A stretch of DNA of 63,702 bases, the filler included, from Octopus bimaculoides (lineage: Eukaryota): NCBI RefSeq assembly GCF_001194135.2. It is 4 parts of 4 records of this genome, joined end to end, with 100 filler letters (N's around TTAATTAATTAA, not from the genome) between each part and the next. Parts side by side here need not be neighbours in the genome. Positions count along the whole stretch, not along the records: positions 52,594 to 63,702 come from NC_068999.1; 3 more parts are not named here. The stretch is one strand, 5' to 3'. Of this stretch, positions 63,610-63,702 are shown piece by piece (position 1 is the first letter of the stretch; each line of letters starts with the position of its first letter). The position numbers and the translations under genes were made by a program. The notes under the pieces are model-generated. The model was not told where the DNA came from and made no database searches. It saw only the letters and a program-made list of their open reading frames with translations.

Positions 63610-63702
63610 TAGTTTTATTTTTATAACGTGCTTTCACTTCACTACCGAGCGCAGCTCTGTGCGCCTTGGGTATGTGCTGTGGTTTGCTGTGGTGCTCTTA
63701 TG

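Overview
AT-rich animal genomic DNA, rich in repeats and microsatellites, with many N gaps. The repeat content is what I associate with octopus or another coleoid cephalopod; this is an inference, not a database result. One host gene is identifiable: LYRM4/ISD11 on the minus strand, with exon 2 at 16186-16306 and the terminal coding exon at 12254-12301. Its exon 1 is not visible. The rest is mostly nested mobile DNA: several RTE LINEs, a CR1-type LINE, a second Jockey/CR1-group LINE, a Tx1/L1-type fragment, Penelope-like elements (PLEs), three tRNA-derived SINE families, mariner and hAT elements/MITEs, and Helitron/Helentron derivatives. The most notable signals are: (i) six hammerhead-ribozyme (HHR) motifs from four PLE-type families, including a Penelope pLTR with a tRNA-like Pol III head upstream of its ribozyme; (ii) two SINE-LINE shared-tail pairs (SINE-A with CR1, SINE-B with Tx1); (iii) a SINE-B trimer inside a single 19-bp target-site duplication (TSD). 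Three 100-bp N/TTAATTAATTAA spacers are assembly joins. Nearly all long ORFs in the supplied track are gap or microsatellite artefacts. Coordinates of degraded repeats are approximate (tens of bp). All alignments and folds were done by eye.
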